DNA of 64,000 nucleotides. Source: the human T2T-CHM13v2.0 reference genome, Homo sapiens. The notes under the pieces were generated by a model. The model did not search any database. It was given only the letters and a program-made list of their open reading frames with translations, and was not told the DNA's origin. Where the stretch lies: the NCBI RefSeq assembly GCF_009914755.1, contig NC_060939.1. The stretch is one strand, 5' to 3'. Of the stretch, positions 39,610 to 54,910 are shown piece after piece; positions within the stretch are counted from its first letter, which is position 1, and each line of letters opens with the position of its first letter. The position numbers and the translations under genes are program-made.

Positions 39610-42450
39610 CCAGATATTGTCCTATTTTGCTTGTATCTCAGGTTTTTCTACAGAATGGAAGATAGGAAGAATACTTCAGTAATAGCACATTACATCTCAG
39701 ATATGTGACAAATAATGTCACAAATAATGCCACAGGAAACTATATGCCAATTTTTAAATATCTTTTTCCTAACACAAGTACAAGATAACTCTAAATAACG
39801 TGGATTTTTTTTTCACTTCATAAAAATCCATATATTTCTTCCTTCTAAATATTTGCCACAGTCTTTGTCCTTCACTCTCCTTGTTCCTTTGTGTTGTTTT
39901 TTACACAGATGAAAAACACTCACTGAAGTCAAAGTACATTTGTGTCTGCATGATGATTAACAACAGATGAGTACTGATGTGGCTGAATGGTGATAAAGTC
40001 CATTAAAAAATTAAACCATGAGAGACAAATATATAGGTATAGCAAAGGCCATCTGTCTGAGGTGGATATGCATTTCCACTAAGAATATCTGGTCCCTTAG
40101 AAGCTGTCTTCCTTTCGGCACACTCTCAAATGCGACTATCTCAACACTTTTTCAAGTGTTTGTGTAGATTTAAGGTGATGCTTAACATCTCTGCATTTCT
40201 CATCATGGCCCACCAGAAACATACGTGATAAAAATACATATTATATATGTTCTAAAGGAATGACCACAGATAAAATGATCAGGAATGTTTTGTAATTGTT
40301 TTATTGAAACATACTTTCTCAGAACTCCCTTGATTCTTCTTCACCTTATGTCAATATTACTTTCACTTTTTGATTGATAATATTCATTATTAAAAATTCA
40401 GCTTTTGACTCCTGAGTCCTAAACATAACTTCATGGATAACTTCAGTAGAATTTAATATATAGACTAAAAGATTATTTGTTCCATGTGATGGTTCATATT
40501 TTTTACAGTTAATCTAAGATTTGTTGATTAATTTTAAATTTACTTTAAAATTTATAATAGATATTTAATCCCTTCATAATCTGAAGACTCTTTACTCAAT
40601 ATTTTGGTAATATCTCTAGTCTGCTAAGGCATTAGGTGCTCATGCTAGTATTTTACCAGCTCCCTCCTCGCCAGACCATGTGAGATTGGGATGACTTTTC
40701 TTTTATGGGTATGCTGGTGTGAGAGATTATTAATAAAAGAAATCTTCTTTTTAAACAAAGGAACACTGTATCTCTCAGTACAGATGGCTCCCAGATTGTC
40801 ACAGCATCAGAGTGCTACTTAAAGCGCATCTTTTCATGCCATTTGCTATTTTTTCACTTCTAGGTTCCATATATAACCTGCAGAATGCACCCAAAAAGTG
40901 AGTTCAAGGGCCAGTCTTTGATGGGCAATTACGTATAGATTTCTAATTGCTGATCCTAATGATCAGTGGTTTCTCCTTTGAGTCAGATGTATTATTGCTG
41001 TAGAACTGGAATGCTGTCACTCAAAGTGATCCCTAGTCATTAACTCATTGGTCAGGCCAAGCATATAATGACACTGCATTTTCAGAAGATAGAAATTAAG
41101 TGTGGGCAAGCAAGGATGGTCAACTCACCTAAAACTGCCTGGCAGCAGCAGCAGCACATGAAAGATAAGGTGTTCAGATCTCCACAGACTAGAGAGTATT
41201 TAGGGAAACAAAACACCTTTGATTTTTATATTTTGGCTGAGACATTTTCACAGTACTTTTTTGGGCTGAGAACAAATGGTATTTCCACAATGACAAAGGC
41301 ATTGGAAACATCTAGAATAGAATATGCCAACCTCTTCTCTGTGAAAGCATGTGCACTTAAAACAAATAGTCTCTTACCAGTAACTGGCACATAGCAGGTG
41401 TTCAGAAACTTTTTGTGCATCAGATTAAATGAGAGAACTGGAGGCACAACAGGTTCAAGCATTTTCCGAAATATTTGAACATTGGAAGGGTAGAATTCAT
41501 GAAAACAAAACCATTTTATAGTTTTGTTGAAAAGTTTCATTATATTTAGAAAGTAAATAAATATGAAAAGAAATCAAGTCTCCTTAAAATAAGAGAGACC
41601 TCGTCAAATGGGTTATATATGTTTCTATGTATATAAACAAACACACAGTGGAAAGTGAACTAGAAGAAGTGATGTTGGCAGCACACCAACAGTAGACATT
41701 CTTCTTCTTGCAAGGACAAGAAAAATAATTTGATATGATATCAGAAATGAAGCATTTTTATAGTCAACTATCAGCAAAGAGATAAAGACATTTTAAAGTC
41801 AGAAATAGCAAAGTTCACAATGAGCCAGTGAAAATGGGATTTTTATGTTAAGTTTTCCTAAAGAACTGAAGTTCTAGAGTTCAAGACTTGTCTCTAGGAA
41901 GAGAGATTTGAGACTACAAACCAATGGATTAAAGTCATTCTGAAGCCAGAGATATGTTAAAATTTAGGAATGAAATTTGGATTAAATTACAGTGATTTTG
42001 AAGATATATAAGTGATGTATTTTCTGTTAAAATATCTATCTTTATGTTTTGATGTAAATGTTTGGCTAAAATAATTACTAGTAAAATTTATTACATGCTT
42101 ATTTTAGTTTATACCATATCATATTTTTTAAGCAATATAAAATTAGTAGAAAAGCAGGTTGAAATTTTGGTATAATTAGGAACAATGGTCTTAATTCTCC
42201 TTTTCACTTTGATTAATGAGGAGGCAAAGCTCTGGTTTGACATTTAATAATGTTTAAACTCTTAAATTTGTGTAAGGTTAAAAATGTTTACATGGATTTA
42301 GGGGGGGTTTTTGGGTTGTTTTTTATTGCATTTTATAATTACATGACTACAGTACAAAAACACCAAAAATTGTTCATGGAATACAGCCACGCTAGATCCA
42401 CAGAACATATTTAAATGACATATATAAATGTAGCCATCATACTATTCTAA

Positions 42451-42843
<393 letters not shown>

Positions 42844-44089
42844 TAGTTCTCGCTGGGTGATAACATGCATATGACAGTTCCTGTTCTTGCAGGACATTAC
42901 ACTTAATTTGACGTTAAAGAATACAAAATATTATATGATTTGTTCGCATTTCAAGGGTTGATGTAGACTGAATGGTTTAGAGAAATTGTCATAGAACAAG
43001 GCTAATTGAATGTGGCCTTGTGGAATATGTAAGAGAATTAGGCGAGGTTGGCAGGCAGAGAGAGGAAGAAGAGAAAGGACACTGTTAAAGAGGATATAGC
43101 AGAATATTTGGAGATCAGTTTAAGTCTCTGCAATGCAGATGAGAAAGGCTTTTGAAGGATAGAAGTTAGTGTGACCTTGAGATCCCCAGGAAGGATTATG
43201 AAAGGTTTGCAAATGAGTTTGTTTTTTGAAGCAGCATCTTCTCTGATGGCTCCATAACAGCAGGGGCAGTGCTGGAAGTGGTGGAACTGGCAACTGCCCT
43301 TCCCAGGGGTGAGTGCTTCCTTTCATGGTGATAGAACTTTCTTCTATCTGGGCAGAGTTCATTGTCAAATAGGGTCCTGAGACTTGTCTAAATACCACCC
43401 GCTACACAGAAGTCCTGTCATGACTACTGGGAACTAGTAAATTAACATTTGGCATTAGAAAAATGAGTAAGATGTATTTAGAAAATGAAAATAAACAATC
43501 AGAAGTATTTTTCTTTATATTTGAGGATTCTTTGGAAGTTGCAGTAGTTATGTTGTAAAATGGGCCTCAATGACTTTTCAACATTTTATATTTGTTTATT
43601 TTTTTCCTTTTAAAGCAGTAAGACAAAGAAGGAAAAGAATTGGGTTTGGAATAAAATTTACAAAAACTTGAATTCTGTCTCTGCTACTAACTAACCAAGT
43701 AGATCTGGTCAATCATGTCACTTAACCTCTTTACAGGTGATGATAACAAATCCATAAGCACTTCTTAATCATAAGTTATTCATATTCACAATAAAACTGG
43801 CTCGCACTTATTGCATATTTAATATATACCAAATTCCAGTCCATACACTTCCCATGTATTATCACTTTCTTTGAGAATTAAATGAAATAATATTAATAAA
43901 ATAATTAGCATGAGGTCATAGATAACATTTTTAACAAATTACTTTTCAGACCTTAAATAAACTGTCCAAGTTGGGATAGAAATTGTGGTTTATAATATCT
44001 TCTATGCACTTAATAAAAAGCTTTGCCATTCATTCTTTTGCAGAAGGCCACTAACTTCTTGGATTTGCAGTTCAATTCCAATTAGCATG

Positions 44090-44402
44090 ATTTTATTTTA
44101 TTTATTAATTTTTAATTTTAGAGACAGGGTATCACTTGGTCGCACAGGCTGGAGTGACTGGCACAACTGTAGCTCAGTGTAACCTCGAGCTCCTGGGCTC
44201 AAGTGATCCTCCTGCCTCAGCCTCCCAAGTAGCTGGGACTACAGGCATGCACCACGACTCCTGGCTAATTTTTTAATATTTTTGTAGAGATAGGGTCTTG
44301 CTGTGTTGACCACGCTGGTCTTGAACTCCTGGCCTCAAGCAATCCTTCTGTCTCAGAATCCCAAAGTGCTGGGATTATGTGCATGAACCATCACACTCAG
44401 CT
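44090..44402 (-). mobile_element. AluJ SINE
   Basis: gagacagggtatcac...ctcctgggctcaagtgatcctcc...ctcctggcctcaagcaatcc. Confidence 0.94.
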
Positions 44403-44688
44403 GGTTATTTTAAACTTAGCATTAGATTTTATTTTATTTAAAAATCTTGACATATCAAGTACAGAGACTTGATATTCTTTGGTGCCTTATGAGGATAAAG
44501 GGAAAATAAACCAAATTTAAAAATCTACCTTTTCATAGATTTCTTTCAAGGCCTACCGCTAATCTAGAATAAGACTCATTCGTATACGTAATATCTAAGG
44601 AAGAGCTAAATATTTGTTATTGTTGTTCCATAACATATATCTCTCTGATGACATTATTGAAAACAAATGATATGAAAGAACTCTAAAT

Positions 44689-45263
44689 TGTAAACCAGAA
44701 ATAAAATTCTAAGGCCCCCCAACCATCTGAACAAACTTTCTCCTCAGCCAGGGCTCTTAAAATTTAACCTGAAAGACTGGTTCAGGCCATGAAGGGAAGA
44801 GGAGGTGGAAACATGCCTCATTATACCTCTCAGGCACTAACATCAACGCAGACTTTTCAGTCTGATAAGAAACATTTCTCTCTGCTCTCTCAGAAGCCTG
44901 CTAGCTAAAAGCTTCATCTGCATGATAAAACTTTGGTCTCCACAGCCTCTTATCTCAACCCAAACATTCCTTTCTATTGATCCCAGGTCTTCAGACAAAC
45001 TCAACCAATCGTCAACCAGAAAATGTTTAAATTTACCTATAGCCTGGAACCCCCACCTCCACTTTGAGTTGCCTACCTTTCTGGACCAAACCAATGTATG
45101 TCTTAAATGTACTCGATTGATGTCTTATGTCTCCCTAAAATGCTGCACCCCAACTGCCTTGGGCACATGTCATCAGGACTTCCTGAGGCTGTGCCACGGG
45201 GCGTCCTCAACCTTGGTAAAATACACTTTCTAAATTACCTGTCTCAGATTTTGTGGGTTCATA
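44689..45263 (+). mobile_element. MER4-group (MER4A1-like) ERV1 solo LTR
   Basis: tgtaaaccagaaataaaattctaaggccccccaaccatctgaa...ccttgggcacatgtcatcaggacttcctgaggctgtg...cctgtctcagattttgtgggttcata; 4-bp TSD aaat. Confidence 0.9.
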
Positions 45264-46529
45264 AAATCTACCAGGAAAATAAGTTAAAGTGTTGAATTGG
45301 CAAGAGAAAATGATAAAATAAAAATTGAAAATGTAGAGTTAGGAAAATATACACTAGACAAATACAAGTAAGGAAAGCAAGAATAATAATAGTAATATTA
45401 GAAGAACATTAGATGCAGAAGAATTACCAAGGGCCAAAACAGTAAATATGAAAATGGGAGATATTTTGTGAAAGAAAATGTCCCATGCAAATAAAACATT
45501 ATGTTTATGTGCTAACCGTAAGGAAAAGTTCCTAAAAGGGTAAAAATTTTAAATATGAATTAAATGGAAAGTTTACAGATTATGTAGGTCAGCAACATAT
45601 AGTCTTTGACTAATATAACTTTGTACCCATGCACAAAAAATATATAATTTTATTTCCAGAAACATTTACAAAAATCATTCATGGAAGTATCCACAAAGAA
45701 AACTTTAATAAACATGCAAAAGTCAAGACTCACAAGGTCACACTTTTTCTTTAATACATTAAAACTAAAATAAAGAAACCAAGAGAGTATATACATGGAA
45801 AATGTGAAACACTTTCTCAAATCAAGTTTTGGTTCAATAATGAATTTTTTAATTTAAATAATTAAAAATAAGTAGAAGAGCACTCTATGCTAGAATATTT
45901 GGAACACAGCTAAATTGTATTCAGAAACTATATATAGTCTTAACAATTTTTATTAAAAAATGACTGAAGACTTCCGAAAAATCTTTAAAAAACCCCTTTC
46001 TCTATAAAAGCAATAAGAATACTGTTTAAAACTGTCAAAATCAACTTTTTCAGAGCTCTGGAAGTTAATTAAAGGCTTGCAACAATCTGAAGAAATTTAT
46101 TTAAGAGTAATGGCTAAATATTAGTAGGAACAATAAATTCTATGGCATTACAATTTGACCTAATCTCATCTCTCCTCCCAAGATCCATGGTACATTTGAA
46201 AAACAGTAACCTAGCAGCTGCTGGAAAGGGCTGAATGGACTTGGAGCTACCCAAATACACCATTCCGTTTACTGTCTGGCAGTACTTTGAAAAGCATCAT
46301 TCTTGGGGCTTGTCTTTAACTGACCTGACTCAGCTACTCTGTGTGAATGGCCTTATTTGCGGTTCATTGGTTGAAAACAACCAGTGGCGATTGTTTACCT
46401 TTGCAGCTGCATGAGGCAGAATTATAGCTGGAGCTAACAAAAGGCTAATCAAAAACTTAAAAGGAAATATGGGGGAATTATAGGGGACTTCGAAAGCTTT
46501 GGCATACTCCTGGACATTTAGAAGGTTGC

Positions 46530-47057
46530 TATATTAGTCAGGGGTCTCTAGAGAAACAGGAGAGATGATTGATAGATGGATAAGTAGATAGATAGGTAGA
46601 TAAATGATAGATAGACAGATTTATTATAAGGTATTGGCTCATGTGATAATGGAAGCTGAGAAGTTCCATGACCTGCCGTACGTAAGCTGATGATCCAAAA
46701 AAGCTAGTGGTGTAGTTTGAAGGCATGAGAGCTGGAGAGCTAATAGTGTAGATCCTAGCCTAGGTCTGAAGTCCTGAGAATCAGAAGTGCCAAGTGCAGG
46801 AGATCAGTGTCTCAACACAGGCAATCAGGTTGAATGAAAATTTAAACTTCTTCTGTCTTTTTGTTCTATTCAGTCTTTAGATGGATGAATTGATGGCCAC
46901 TCATGTTGGGGAGGGCCAGCTGCTTTACTCAGCTCACAAATTCAAATGGTAATCTCTTCTGAAAACATGCTCACAGACATGCCCCGAAGTAATGTCTAAC
47001 CAGATATCTAGGTATACTGTGGCCCATTAAAGTTGACGCATATAATTAACCATCATA
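46530..47057 (-). mobile_element. MLT2B-like ERVL solo LTR with internal (GATA)n-like tract
   Basis: tattagtcaggggtctctagagaaacag...attggctcatgtgataatggaagctgagaagttcc...aagttgacgcatataattaaccatca. Confidence 0.9.
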
Positions 47058-47151
47058 CTCATGTGCTTGCACATGCCCAGGGCTGTATGCATACCCATAA
47101 AGACCTGAGAGCACCCTAATCCCTTATTTCTGTCTGCCTTTAAGACTCTGT

Positions 47152-47622
47152 TGTAGCAGGACCAGCTACAAAACTCCTCAGACAAAACTCCTCAGACACT
47201 GAGTTAAAGAAGGAAGGGGTTTATTCGGCCGGGGGCATCGGCAAGACTCCTGTCTCAAGAGCCGAGCTCTCTGAGTGAGCAATTCCTGTCCCTTTTAAGG
47301 GCTCACAACTCTAAGGGGGTGCGCGTGAGAGGGTCATGATCGATAGAGCAAGCAGCGGGTACGTGACTAGGAGCTGCATGCACCGGTAATTAGATCGGAA
47401 CAAAACAGGATAGAGATTTTCACAGTGCTTTTCTATACAATGTCTGTAATCTATAGATAACATAATTGATAGGTCAGGGGTCGATCTTTAACTACCAGGC
47501 CCAGGGTGTGGCGCCGGGCTGTCTGCTTGTCAATTTCATTTCTGCCTTTTAGTTTTTACTTTATCTTTCTTTGGAGGCAGAAATTGGGCATAAGACAATA
47601 TGAGGGGTGGCCTCCTCCCTTA
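47152..47622 (-). mobile_element. LTR2 (HERV-E/Harlequin, ERV1) solo LTR
   Basis: Minus strand TAAGGGAGGAGGCCACCCCTCATATTGTCTTATGCCCAATTTCTGCCTCC...GAATAAACCCCTTCCTTCTTTAAC...CCTGCTACA; 4-bp TSD ctgt. Confidence 0.95.
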
Positions 47623-49671
47623 CTGTGAAAGCCAAAAGTGACGGCTAGGGCAGAGTTGGGAACTGTCTGCTTGAGTGTTGTAGGCATTCCCTATATCTAC
47701 ACACAGAGCCACTTAGCAAAGATTTGGAGAATTATTGACACAAGTAATGTAAGGACATATTCATCAATCCATTAGCTGATCACTAAGCTAACTAAGTAGA
47801 TATTTCACAGGCTGCACAAGACCAAAACAATACAAATTTTACAAAATTAGTATGAGAAAGTCACTAAACAATTCTAATAAACAGCAACAAGTAAAAAACA
47901 CTGTAAAAGTAGGGGAGCGTAATCTGAATTCAAGAGTTGCCATATCATATTCTTTCAAATGTTTAGTTTTCAACAACAACAAAGAATAAGACTTACAAAG
48001 AAAAAGGTATCTGGCACACAAAGAGAAAAAAGTACTCAAGAGAAATAGTACTTCAAGAAGCACAGATGTTATACTGAATAAATAGTTTAAATTTTAAAAG
48101 TACAAGGAATTAAAGAAAAACATGTCTAAAAAATTGAAGTAAACTGTGAGCATGATGTCTTTCCAAAGAGAGATTATCAGTAGAGAAGGGACTCTAAAAA
48201 AGAGCCAAATAGAAACTCTCGAGTTGGAAAGTATAAGAACTAAAATGAAGAATTTACTAGAAGGAATCAACAACATATTGAGCTGGCAGAAGAAACTTGA
48301 ACAAATGTCACTTGAGAGTATACATCCTGAGGAACAAAAAGGATAAAGAGTAAAGAGAAATGAATAGAGACATTGGTACACTTTAAGCATACCAACATAT
48401 CTATAATAGAATTTCCAAAAGAAGAGGAAAAAAAGGGGAGGGAAGAATATTTGAAGAAACGATGGCCAAAAATTTACCAATCAATTCAAGTTTGATAAAC
48501 TCAAAGAGATTTATTCTAAGTATGCCATTGGTAAACGGTCCTTTAACAAAGACAAAGAGAGAATCTTCAAAGCAATAAGAGAAAAGTGGCCTATCATATA
48601 CAAGGGATTCTCAGTAAGATTAATAACTGATTTAATGACAGAAATCATGGAGCAAAGAAGGCAGTGGCATGTCATAATTAAAGTGCTGAAAGGAAAAGAC
48701 TTTCAACCAGGAATTTAATATCCAGCAAAACTGTCATTCAAAAGCAAAGAAGAAATTAAGACATTCTCAGATAAACAAAATGAGTAAACTTGTTATTAGC
48801 AGACCTGCCAAAAAAATGCTAAAATAAATCTTACAAGATGAGTTGAAGAGGCAATAGAGTAACTTGAATTCATAAACAAATAAGGAAAACCAAGAAAGAT
48901 AAATATATAGGTAAACTTTTAAAACAGTATAAATATATGTTTGTTTGAAACTTTTATTGTCTTATCTGACTTAAAGAAAACTACTTAAAGCAATAACTGT
49001 AAAGCTGAGTTGATGAGCTTATAATGAATCAAGATGTTATTTGTGTGATAATAATACAAATGGGAGGGGGAGTGAAGTTATACAGAAGTGAGTTTTTACA
49101 TACTATTGAAATTAACTTGGTATTAATCTTACCTAGATTGTTTTAGGATGTTAATTGTAACTCCCAGAGCATCCACTAAGAGAATTACTAAAAATACACA
49201 GCTTAAAAGTAAGGAAATTAAAGTGGTATACTAGAATTATCTATACAGTATGAAGAAGACAGTATGGAGAATTAAAGGGGAAAAAAGTAAGATCTTCAGA
49301 AATCAAAGAGCAAAATGGAAGACATAAATATTACTTTATCAACAATATATGTAATTATATATAATATAAATTACACATATTCACATGTATGTGTATATAT
49401 ACATATGCACACATGTGTGTGTGTATATAAATATGTACTATGCCTGACAACAAAGTCGCAAAATACATGAAGCTAAAATTGATAGAATTGAAGAGAGAAA
49501 TAGACAAGTCAAAAACAATTGGAGACTTCAGTATGGGTTTTCAATACTAGGAAAAACAATGAGAAAGAATATCAACAAAGAAATAGAAGACTTAAATAAG
49601 ACTATAAAGTAATTAGACCTAACAGAATTTTAGAGAAGTCTTCACCCAAAAATGGTAGAATAAACATTCTT

Positions 49672-49970
<299 letters not shown>

Positions 49971-52472
49971 TAGAATAAACATTCTTAAATGCACATGGAA
50001 CATTCTCTAGAATGGACAATAGGCAATATTTTTTAAAGAACTTAATAAAGTTTAAAGAATTGAAATAACTAAATGTATGTTCTCTGACTCAAATAAAATA
50101 AAACTAGAAAGCAATAACAGAAGGAAATTTACAAATTTGTGATAATTTAAAAAACAATCATACTCTTAAATAATCAATGGGTCACAGAAAAAAAATCACA
50201 TGTAAAATTAGAAAATACTTTGAAAATCAACAATTGAAATGAATAAAATCCAAAAACAGCATACCACAACTCATTGGATACAGCTAAAGTAGTACTAAAG
50301 GGAAATTTATAACTGAAGAACTATTTTTTAAGAAAAATCTCAAATTGATCACGTAATTTCCTACCCTAAGCAACTAGTTTAAAAAGATTAAACTGTACAC
50401 AAAGCAAATAGAAGAAAGAAAATAATAGACTAGAATAAAAAGTAATGAACTAATAAATAATGAAATAATGAAACAACGGAGTAAATCGACAAAATCAAAA
50501 GTTGGTTATTTTAAGTATAAACATTAAAATATATACAGCAAAATCAGTAGAATATAGGTGAGCACGTCAAATTAATCTTTCTTCTTCTCTCAGGAAGGCT
50601 GTTGCTGGTGAAAAACAACACCCAAACATGTTATGCTTCATTTTTTTATACTGTTTTTCAAAAATCTTACAAATTAACAATGTTTTGGTTGTTATGTGGT
50701 TATGTTAATATAACATTGTTATATTAACAATGTTAGGGGACAAAAAAAGGAAAAGATCAAAGAAGATGATTAATTTTTTATTCACATCTTTGAATTGTCT
50801 CACTTATAATGAATATGTATTACTTTTATAATTTCAAATAAATTATAGTATAAAAAATTTAAAATGAAAATAAAGATAAATATATGACATATATTATAAG
50901 CATGGTAATTTTTTAAGGTTAAAAAAGCATCTATATTTATAAACATACACATTACAATTGTCTTGAATGGAGTATAACAAAATGTTAATAATTGTCATCT
51001 CTCAGCGGTGCCATTATTTTTATTGCTTTTTAGAGTTTTATATAATTTGGACTTTTCATAATGAGTTTTTGTTGTTTTACAATTGTAAAAAAATCAGTGA
51101 AGTTATTTTAGGTTTGGATACAAAAATGTTTTATTGAGCAGAGAGAAGAATGAGGCAGAAGGTTCAGGAAGTGTGGTTGAATGTCAAGGCAATTGAAGGG
51201 AGTTGGAATGAAACCCAGTCCTCAGACACTCAGGGGAAGGTCGATTCAGGGCAGGAGAATGACCTTAGCGGTCCTTACCATTTATCTCCTACTCCTTTTG
51301 CTGTGTTTTGTCTTTGAAAATTTTCAGGTTAAACTGTCATTTTAACTTCTAATTCATTATATTTATTTGACATCTTTACAAATAACTGTGATTTGATACC
51401 AAAGTTACCAGGATTTACATTTTCATTGTTGTTTTTTGAAATGTGAACACTAATGTTATGCCGGTTGTTATGTAGAAGAAGTTTCTTCAATGGAATTCAA
51501 CAGGATGCTATTCTTGCAAGACACCTTTGGTGTAGGGCACAGACTATACTCTGCAGTGAATTTTGAGCTTCAAGAAGGCTTGTTAAGGGCACAGGATTTT
51601 GGAAAGTGTAGACTCTATTCAAAGTTATGCTTAGTAAGTGGAAAAGAATGAGTGAGGTGGTAATGAATTGGAAAAGAAGGAGCTGTTGTATGTTGTCAGA
51701 GGGAGAGAGGTTTAACAAGAACTGTTGCTGTGTGTTGTGGAATTGTGCATCTCTGCTTATTTACGAGACCTACATTGTATTTTCAAAAAAAATTTTTAAT
51801 TGATTTTATGTCTTTCAAATGCAGCAAAAGACATAAAATCCTGGTCATGCATTAAGGCAGGGCTAATGAGGTAATGTTTCAGAGCCTTCCATAAGGGATT
51901 GGGGACCTAACGTACAGGCTCCAGCATCCCTTCTAGAAGGAAACAGAGAGTGCACCTTCCCCATGACAGCCAGGCTGCTGGGAGCATGAGCCAATAAAAA
52001 ACGAGTCCTCTGGGCTTCATGGTTTCAACTCAAGGTGAGAGGGAAATGGTGCCAGCTACTGATAAATTAAATTTACAGTTTTAGGGACAAGGGAACTTAG
52101 GGGCTGGATATTTCTGTTGGAGCTATGAGCTAAAGATTTTGTAAATGTGTATAATTTGCAAACAGAATCAATGATTTTGTTCTTCAAGGGAAGGAAGTTT
52201 TTGTTTTTTGACAAGTGTGTCTCTTCTTGAAAAAAAGAGTGATGGAGGATTTACGCTCCAGGATGAGACATGCTCCAAGTCAAGAGCACAGTCATTTAAA
52301 ATGATATTGGACAAGAAAGGGATGCCAACAAGAGGCAGATGTGAATAAGACACCTGTGTGACCTTGGGGGTCCCATACAACCAGAAGGGAAAAAAGACCA
52401 AAGCCACTAATAGGTGGCATGAGGCTGTGGGAGGGATAGAGTTATAAAGAAGGTGTTTAAGAAGTGTTGCTG

Positions 52473-52817
<345 letters not shown>

Positions 52818-53007
52818 TTAAGAGTCCAGGAGCAAAGACAATTGTTAGTGTTTTCTAAAGAATGTTGAACACCAAAACCTTTTTTAAAAAGTGGGTTTCT
52901 GATGATCGAGACTTAAAATGTATGAAGTTTCTCATTGGGATTTATGAAAACAGGGAATGAGTTGATGACAGAATTCTAGAGATAGAAGACGGCAGACCAG
53001 CTTTTTA

Positions 53008-53908
53008 TAAAAAACAGCTTTATTAAGGTATAGTGAACAAAGAACTGCACATATTTAACGTGTACAATTTGATGAGTTTGGATTAAACTCCCATTGGATA
53101 CTATCACTACAGTCGGGGTAATGGGCACATCCAACATCTCCCAAAGTTTTCTTATGTTGCTTTGTTTATTATGTTGTTTTGTTTTATGTGTGTATGTGGT
53201 AAGATCTAGCTTCTTAACAAATTCTGAAGTGCACAGTACCATATCGTCAACTATAGGCACTGTGTCGTACAGCATATCTCTAAAACTTACTCATCTGACA
53301 TAATTGAGACCCTATACTCATTCAACAACAACTCCCCATTTCTTTCCTTCTTCTAGCCTGTGGCGCTATTTTATTCTCTGCTTCTCTGAGTTTGACTTTT
53401 ATCGATACCTCATACAAGTGGGATCATACCGTATTTGTCCTTCTGTTACTGGCTTCTTTCACTTGGCACACAGTAGCCTCAGAGTTCATCCCTGTCATCA
53501 CAAATGGCAGGATTTCCTTCGTTTTATGGTTGAATAATATTTTATTATATATATTTACTGCAGTTTCTCTATCCATTCATCTGTCAGTGGGCATCTGGGT
53601 TGTTTCTATATCTTGGCTATTGTGAGTAATGCTGCAGTGAACATGGGAATGCAGATAACTCTTCCAGATCTTGATTTCTCTTCTTTTGGACATATACCCA
53701 GAACTTGGATTGCTAGATTCCCTGGTAGCTCTATTTTCAACTTTCAGAATAACTTTCCTACTGTTTTCCATCATGACGGCACGATTTTACATTCCCACCA
53801 ACAGTTTACAAGGGTTCCAGTTTCTTCACATCTGACCTACTCACTTTATTTCTTGTTTTGTTTTGTTATAATGGCCATCTTAAAAAGTGTAAGGTGATAT
53901 TCCACTGT
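53008..53908 (-). mobile_element. 5'-truncated L1MA (MA9/10-like), antisense, with 14-bp TSD
   Basis: cagctttattaaggtatag...tgtggtaagatc...ctataggcac...tacattcccaccaacag; TSD agaccagcttYtta at 52994-53007 and 53909-53922. Confidence 0.92.
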
Positions 53909-53929
53909 AGACCAGCTTCTTACTGCAGT

Positions 53930-54570
53930 AAGACAATCTGACATTCAAGTTCATTATAATGTGGTTACCACGTACTTTCTGGCCATTTATGCCTCACCAC
54001 CCCCGCATGCGCAGCCTTCCCTCCTGCCATGTTCGATGGCTTGCTCTTCCTGGTCTTTGCTTCCATGGATTGTATCTTGCTTTCCCTGCTATGAAACACT
54101 TATTTATATTTATGTTCATGCCCCTCTTCAGAACTGTGGCATGGTGCAGAATGGTTTTTTCCAGACAGCCATGTGCTTCACTCCCTAACTTCTCCCATGT
54201 CTCTGTTTCAATGCCATTCACCTGTGAGGGCTTCCTTCCCCAAGCACCCATGGAGAAGAGCACCAGAACCTCCTCACCTCCTGCCTTGCTGTTTCTCCAC
54301 AACATTGACGTCACAAAATATTTTTGTTTGCTTAGTTTTTGTCTTCTCTTCACCCAATGAGAATATAAACTCCATGAAACAAGTCCTTCTACCATTTTCC
54401 TTTTATACCTCTAGCTTCTGGAACAATGGATACATGTAGTGTTCAGCAAATTGTGCTTTAATAAATTAATGAGTGAATCAGAGTTGTGTCCCCTTTAACT
54501 TTGTATTTTCCCAATAACTAGCACAGTGTCTGGACTAGCGTATGATCCCAGTGATTATTTGTTAAACAAA
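53930..54570 (+). mobile_element. L2 3' region
   Basis: gaatataaactccatgaaacaag...aaattaatgagtgaat and tagcacagtgtctgg tails. Confidence 0.65.
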
Positions 54571-54669
54571 TAGCTCCCTGGAGTGAGAGTATTATGGTAG
54601 GAGAAAAGTTATTTTATGATAAAATATATCTATTTTTTTAAGGAAGATTTGTTATATAGAGACAAGAGG

Positions 54670-54910
54670 TATATACAGTGAGTGTGAGTTCTTTATCTGA
54701 TCACTTGGAAAAGTTCTGGCTTCCCCTCTTTTCAGCTGTGTGACATTCAGCAAGTCAGTTCATCTCTCTGAGTCTCAGTTCCCTCAGATATAAATTAAGC
54801 TTTGCTGTGACTATTAAATTAGCACATATATATATGTATATATATACAGCACTTAGAACACTGTGTGACAACACATTGTGAGCACTTAGTAAGTATAAGA
54901 TGTTATTTTT
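54670..54910 (+). mobile_element. MIR SINE with TA expansion
   Basis: cagctgtgtgacattcagcaagtcagttcatctctctgagtctcagttccctca...cagcacttagaacactgtg. Confidence 0.8.
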
